From Chiloscyllium plagiosum (taxonomy: Eukaryota), in assembly GCF_004010195.1 (NCBI RefSeq), contig NC_057749.1, positions 22,051,315 to 22,090,354 of the forward strand: 39,040 bases of DNA, in the 5' to 3' direction. Position 1 is the stretch's first letter. Each line of letters opens with the position of its first letter. Shown piece after piece: positions 34,529 to 39,040 of this stretch. Position numbers and translations under genes: made by a program. Below the pieces are notes generated by a model that was not told the origin of the DNA, searched no databases, and worked only from the letters and a program-made list of their open reading frames with translations.

Positions 34529-34908
34529 CCTGGAGTGATTGACTGATGAGGGAAAGTTGGATAAGGCAGGCTTGTGCTGGAAATGTGTTGCTGGAAAAGC
34601 GCAGCAGGTCAGGCAGCATCCAGGGAACAGGAGAATCGACGTTTCGGGCATAAGCCCTTCTTCAGGAAAGCCTGCTTAAGGCAGGCTTGTATTAGCTGCA
34701 GTATTAGAGAGTAAAAGATTGAAACAAATAAGATCCTGCGTGGCCTTGATGATGTGAGTATGGAAAGGACGTTCTCCTGGAGTGATTGACTGATGAGGGA
34801 AAGTTGGATAAGGCAGGCTTTTATTAGCTGCAGTATTAGAGAGTAAAAGATTGAAACAAATAAGATCCTGCGTGGCCTTGATGATGTGAGTATGGAAAGG
34901 ACGTTCTC
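34529..34908 (+). repeat. 133-bp tandem duplication; first copy interrupted by the mini-element
   Basis: 34529-34575 plus 34691-34776 equals 34776-34908 with one substitution. Confidence 0.93.
34576..34676 (-). mobile_element. Penelope-derived hammerhead mini-element with inverted junction filler
   Basis: Intact core; TSD taaggcaggcttgt at 34562-34575 and 34677-34690; filler aagcctgctta is the reverse complement of the target with one base missing. Confidence 0.9.
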
Positions 34909-36269
34909 TTGTGTGGAAGAATCTAGAACTGGGGAGGTCACTGTTTAAAAATAAGGAGTTGGCAATTCAAAGCAGAAATGAGAAGAATCTTTTTTCTCAC
35001 AGAGGGTTGTGAGTCGCTAAAGCTTGCTTTCCCAAAATGGTGGAAGCAAGGGTCCTTGGACATTTTTGAGGCAAAGGTGCATGTATTTTTGATAAATAAG
35101 GGGTGAAACATTATTGGAAGGAGGTGACAATATGGAGTCAACAGGTTGGATCTGATCCTATTGAACGGTGGTACAGGGTTGATTCATATGTGTGGGCATT
35201 TTTGGGCACTGTTGAAAGATCACAAGGTAATAATGGTGGAAAAAAAATCAATTGGGCCTGGGACGAAACAAGTTCAGAGTTTTAAAGACATTCCAATTTA
35301 GTCAGCAGCTAATTGGACAGACAGTAGCAATTGTAGAAGGAATAGCAACGCAAAATTAGGCGAAAAATTTCACCTCAGGCCTGGTAAGAAGTGCCGGAAA
35401 GACAATGTGGGTGAGCAAGAGAGTAAAACAAATTGTGGCACTTCCAGAGTCCTTGGAAAAAAATTGATCTACAGGGGCAGTCCTGATTCAAGGGTCAGCT
35501 TTATGAATATAGTTGAAAATCCCTGTTATCGAGGGGAAAAAAATTAGAATGGTGCACAGGACCAAGCTGAGAAAGATAAAAACAGAAAAGGAGCGCTTAT
35601 ATTCACAGCAAAATTTCCCACCATTACGAATGGAATATATGAGGCACGGCTATAATAGTAAGGTCAAGACTATTAAATTAATTAATACCAAGTCTGCAGC
35701 GTCAGGATTATTGCAGAGCACAGTTAAAGTGACAAAAGGATTATTTAAAAGATTTCGAAGAGTTTAACAGAAGGAAATAACAAGAAAAATTTTAAGTCTG
35801 CAGTAAGGTCATAGGATACATAGCTGAAACATTGATTTTGGTGGAAACATTTATTAAGACCACACCCATTGAGTTTTACATCAGAAATCAGGGAAAAGGA
35901 TTTTCATCCTCCGTTATGCTGTGAAAGATCCTAAATGTAGTTATTTTTTCAGAAAACCTGCATCAAAGCTGGTGAGAGCAGAAGAAAAATGTCAGTTTTG
36001 CCAACAGGAGATGGAAAGCCACCATTTTGATTGCGAAAATGTCAGGATAACGCTCAGCAAGCCGTACTGAGATACAATATAGCTATTTAACCAAATTCAA
36101 TGTTTTAAATGATAATACAACGTTAAACAGCCTGTAAACAAAGACATAAATACAGCATCGTAATAATGCAGAATTATCAAATCTTGCAAATAGACTGCTG
36201 AAATGGCATTGCTGTAAAACAAGATTAAAAGCTTAAAATCCAGTACATTACAAACAACATAGGATATGA

Positions 36270-37260
36270 ATTAGAGTTGGAATTAGCCTTTATTGTCACA
36301 TTGACCCAATGAGTACAGTGAAAAGTCTGTGCATCGCCACTTACAACATCATCTTAGGTACAAAAGTACCTACAGCTTCTTTAGTTAGAGATCTTAGACA
36401 ACACAGAAGTAAAATGTCCAACATTGCAGAAATAAAATTTCAGACCCACGCTCTTCCAACCCAGATCACACCGGCACCTAGCCTCCTGTCTGCACCGGAC
36501 ACTGGCTCCAGATCGCACCGGACTTCACCGTGAGGATCGCGAGGCTATTACTCCAGGCCGGGATGTCACCATGCCAGGCCAGGAGGTCTCCACTCAAGGC
36601 CATGAGGTCACCATGCCAGGCTGGGAGGTCACCGTGCCAGGCTGGGAGGTCACCATGCCAGGCCGGGAGGTTACCAAGCAAGGCTGGGAAGTCGCCACAC
36701 CAGGCCGTGAGGTCAGCACAGCTGGCCAGGAGGTCACCACGCCAGGCTGTGAGGTCACCACGCCAGGCCAGGAGGTCACCACGCCAGACTGTGAGGTCAC
36801 CACGCCAGGCCAGGAGGTCACCATGCCAGGTAAGGAGGTCGCCTCTCAAGGCCGTGCGGTCACCATGCCAGGCCGGGAGGTTACCAGGCAAGGTTGGGAA
36901 GTCGCCACGCCAGGCCGTGAGGTCAACACACCTGGCCAGGAGGTCACCACGCCAGGACAGGAGGTCACCACACCTGGCCAGGAGGTCACCACGCCAGGAC
37001 AGGAGGTCACCACACCTGGCCAGGTGGTTGCAATGCCAGACTGGAAGGTCACAATATCAGCTGAGAGGTCGCCATACCAGGCCAGGAGGTCACCACGCCA
37101 GGCCAGGACGTCACCATGCCAGGCCAAGACGTCATCGCACCAAGCCAGGAGGTTGCTACACCAGGCCAGGACACTGCTGTGCAAATCTGGGAGGTCTACC
37201 AGTTTGGAATAGCTTTAAAGGGCAAAAGATAAATAATCACATTAAGAACAAACTGCAAGA
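36270..37260 (-). mobile_element. Putative non-autonomous retroposon with Rex1/Babar-like tail containing the minisatellite
   Basis: tttattgtcaca..tacagtgaaaag at 36289-36326 resembles the Rex1 end at ~24480-24506 and the element at 38016. Confidence 0.5.
36555..37170. repeat. 21-bp GC-rich minisatellite (ggaggtcaccacgccaggcca), ~29 units
   Basis: 7-aa periodicity in all ORF translations. Confidence 0.95.
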
Positions 37261-38015
37261 GAAATAATACAACCTCAAAAATTTAGTTCCAAGTATAAAG
37301 TCAATGAAAAGCCCTTTCATTTTAAGCTTAGGGCTAATGTCACCGCTTATTAAATCAAACACCATGACTGAAGAACCAAAAGTTACAGCCGAAAGGGCAG
37401 AAACGACAGGTTTCATGTGGAATAAAACCCAAGAGCATGCTACAAGTAACACTGCAACACAAAACACATAAGAATATTGGAACTGCGCATGCAATGCCCA
37501 ATTAACACGTTTCTCCGGTGAGCCGACATGTGTGTCTTGACTTCAACACCTATGAAGTTACAGAAGGTTTTCCACCAATTTGAAGAGAATAACAGCCTGT
37601 GGTTGGTCAATCAGTAAAAGGGCAACCTGCAAAACGTTTCCTTGACAGATAGCAAAAGAACAATTCCATTGAGTTGACCGATGCTGTCATAGCCGCGTTG
37701 TTTCATTCTGTTAATAGGATGGATAACTACGCTGATATAAAACTGGTGGAAATACAATACTTCCCAATTCAGAGGACAAAAAATAAATGAAGTTTTCCAG
37801 AAAAAGCCAATATTGAGAACAAAAATGAGCAATACAACCCATTTGAACGCATTAAGGAAACCTTAATTCTAACTGTTACAATAGTGAAATAGTTTAGTAA
37901 GCAAATAGATATAGCAGGTTTATTATGAATACTTGAGCATCAGTTGGCACGAGCTAAAGATTTTCAGCATTTCAATCCTTTGTCTTGCAACAAAGTACCA
38001 GTGACAAAAATCATA

Positions 38016-38243
38016 TTAGATTTAGATTTAGATTTATTGTCACATGCATATTAGAAAATACAGTGGGTTTTTTTGTGGTGTTGTATATAAAAAGTGTTGC
38101 CCTTCTCCAACACCATCTGGAAATACCAAATGTAATGCAAGGTTTTACTGCAATAGAGTTCATATTTCTCCCTTCTCTCAGTTCCTTATCCACTGCACTT
38201 CAGTTGCTGATTGACATTGGCTGGACTCTCTGTAAAAGATGCC
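38016..38243 (-). mobile_element. Rex1/Babar-like 3' tail element leading into the second minisatellite
   Basis: (TTAGAT)3 tail, tttattgtcaca, tacagtg, caacaccatct. Confidence 0.5.
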
Positions 38244-39040
38244 TGTAACAGGCCCCACGGTCTCTGTAACAGGCCCCGGGCTCTCTGTAACAGGCCCCAG
38301 GGTCTCTGTAACTGTCCCCAGGGTCTCTGTAATGGGCTCCGGGGTCTCTGTAACACACCCCGAGGTCTCTGTAACAGGCTCCGGGGTCTCTGTAACAGGC
38401 TCCGGGGTCTCTGTAACTGTCCCCGGGGTCTCTGTAATGGGCTCCGGGGTCTCTGTAACACACCCCGAGGTCTCTGTAACAGGCCCCGGGGTCTCTGTAA
38501 CAGCCCACGGGGTCTCTGTAACACGCCCGGGGGTCTCTGTAATACACCCTGGGGTCTCTGTAACTGTCCCCAGGGTCTCTGTAACTGTCCCCAGGGTCTC
38601 TGTAATGGGCTCCGGGGTCTCTGTAACATAACCCGAGGTCTCAGTAACAGTCTCCGGGGTCTCTGTAACTGTCTCCGGGGTCTCTGTAACAGTCTCCGGG
38701 GTCTCTGTAACAGGCTCCGGGGTGTCTGTAACTGTCTCCGGGGTGTCTGTAACAGGCTCCGGGGTGTCTGTAATGGGTCCCGGGGTGTCTGTAATGGGTC
38801 CCATGTCTCTGTAACTGGTGCTGAGGTCTCTGTAACAGGCCCCGGGGTCTCAGTAACGGGTCCCGGGGTCTCTGTAACAGGCTCCAGGGTCTCTGTAACA
38901 AGCCACAGGGTCTCTGTAACAGGTCCAAGGGTCTCTGTAATAGGCTCCGGGGTCTCTGTAACGGGTCCCGGCGTGTCTGTAATGGGTCCCGTGTCTCTGT
39001 AACGGGCACTGAGGTCTCTGTAATGGGCCCCAGGGTCTCT
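38244..39040. repeat. 21-bp minisatellite (tgtaacaggccccggggtctc), ~38 units, runs off the window
   Basis: Direct inspection; two 20-bp variant units near 38800 and 38990. Confidence 0.97.

Larger units (their letters stand above)
32320..35180 (+). mobile_element. Old, heavily decayed CR1 ORF2 carrying at least four younger insertions
   Basis: HGFAKDNSCLTNL, YLDFPKAFDK (32738-32923), YLEYC, ESRTGEV / FFSQRVVS near the 3' end. Confidence 0.8.

Noticed and set aside
36530..37267. Protamine/SPxx-like (RRSPRQA)n and (PGQEVTT)n ORFs
   Set aside because: Overlapping frames of one tandem repeat; the longer ORF starts at GTG; lies inside a putative retroposon.
38178..39040. Mucin-like ORF (TETPGPV)n on the minus strand
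   Set aside because: Product of a 21-bp minisatellite open in several frames; 20-bp units near 38800 and 38990 break the frame; no splice or domain context.

Overview
Repeat-dense (roughly two-thirds recognisable repeat) vertebrate genomic DNA, almost certainly from an elasmobranch (shark), judged from the HE1 V-SINE and HER1/CR1 LINE content. I could not support any host protein-coding exon; the window looks intronic or intergenic. It contains many decayed and nested CR1 LINE pieces, about nine HE1 SINEs, a second tRNA-SINE family together with its partner LINE, Rex1/Babar, Tx1 and L2 remnants, a Gypsy integrase-PPT-LTR end with a related solo LTR, a Penelope-like (GIY-YIG) 3' end, long GT/AC tracts and two 21-bp minisatellites. 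The most striking pattern is a set of eight 90-195 bp Penelope-derived mini-elements carrying a minimal hammerhead-ribozyme motif (CUGAAGA-A-GGGC-N4-GCCC-GAAACGUC). Each is flanked by an 11-15 bp target duplication and starts at the ribozyme core, and several are associated with local templated duplications or inversions. Hammerheads in Penelope-like elements are already known; the boundary regularities and DNA capture are what I read from this sequence. Family names come from manual pattern recognition, not database searches, and boundaries of old elements are approximate.
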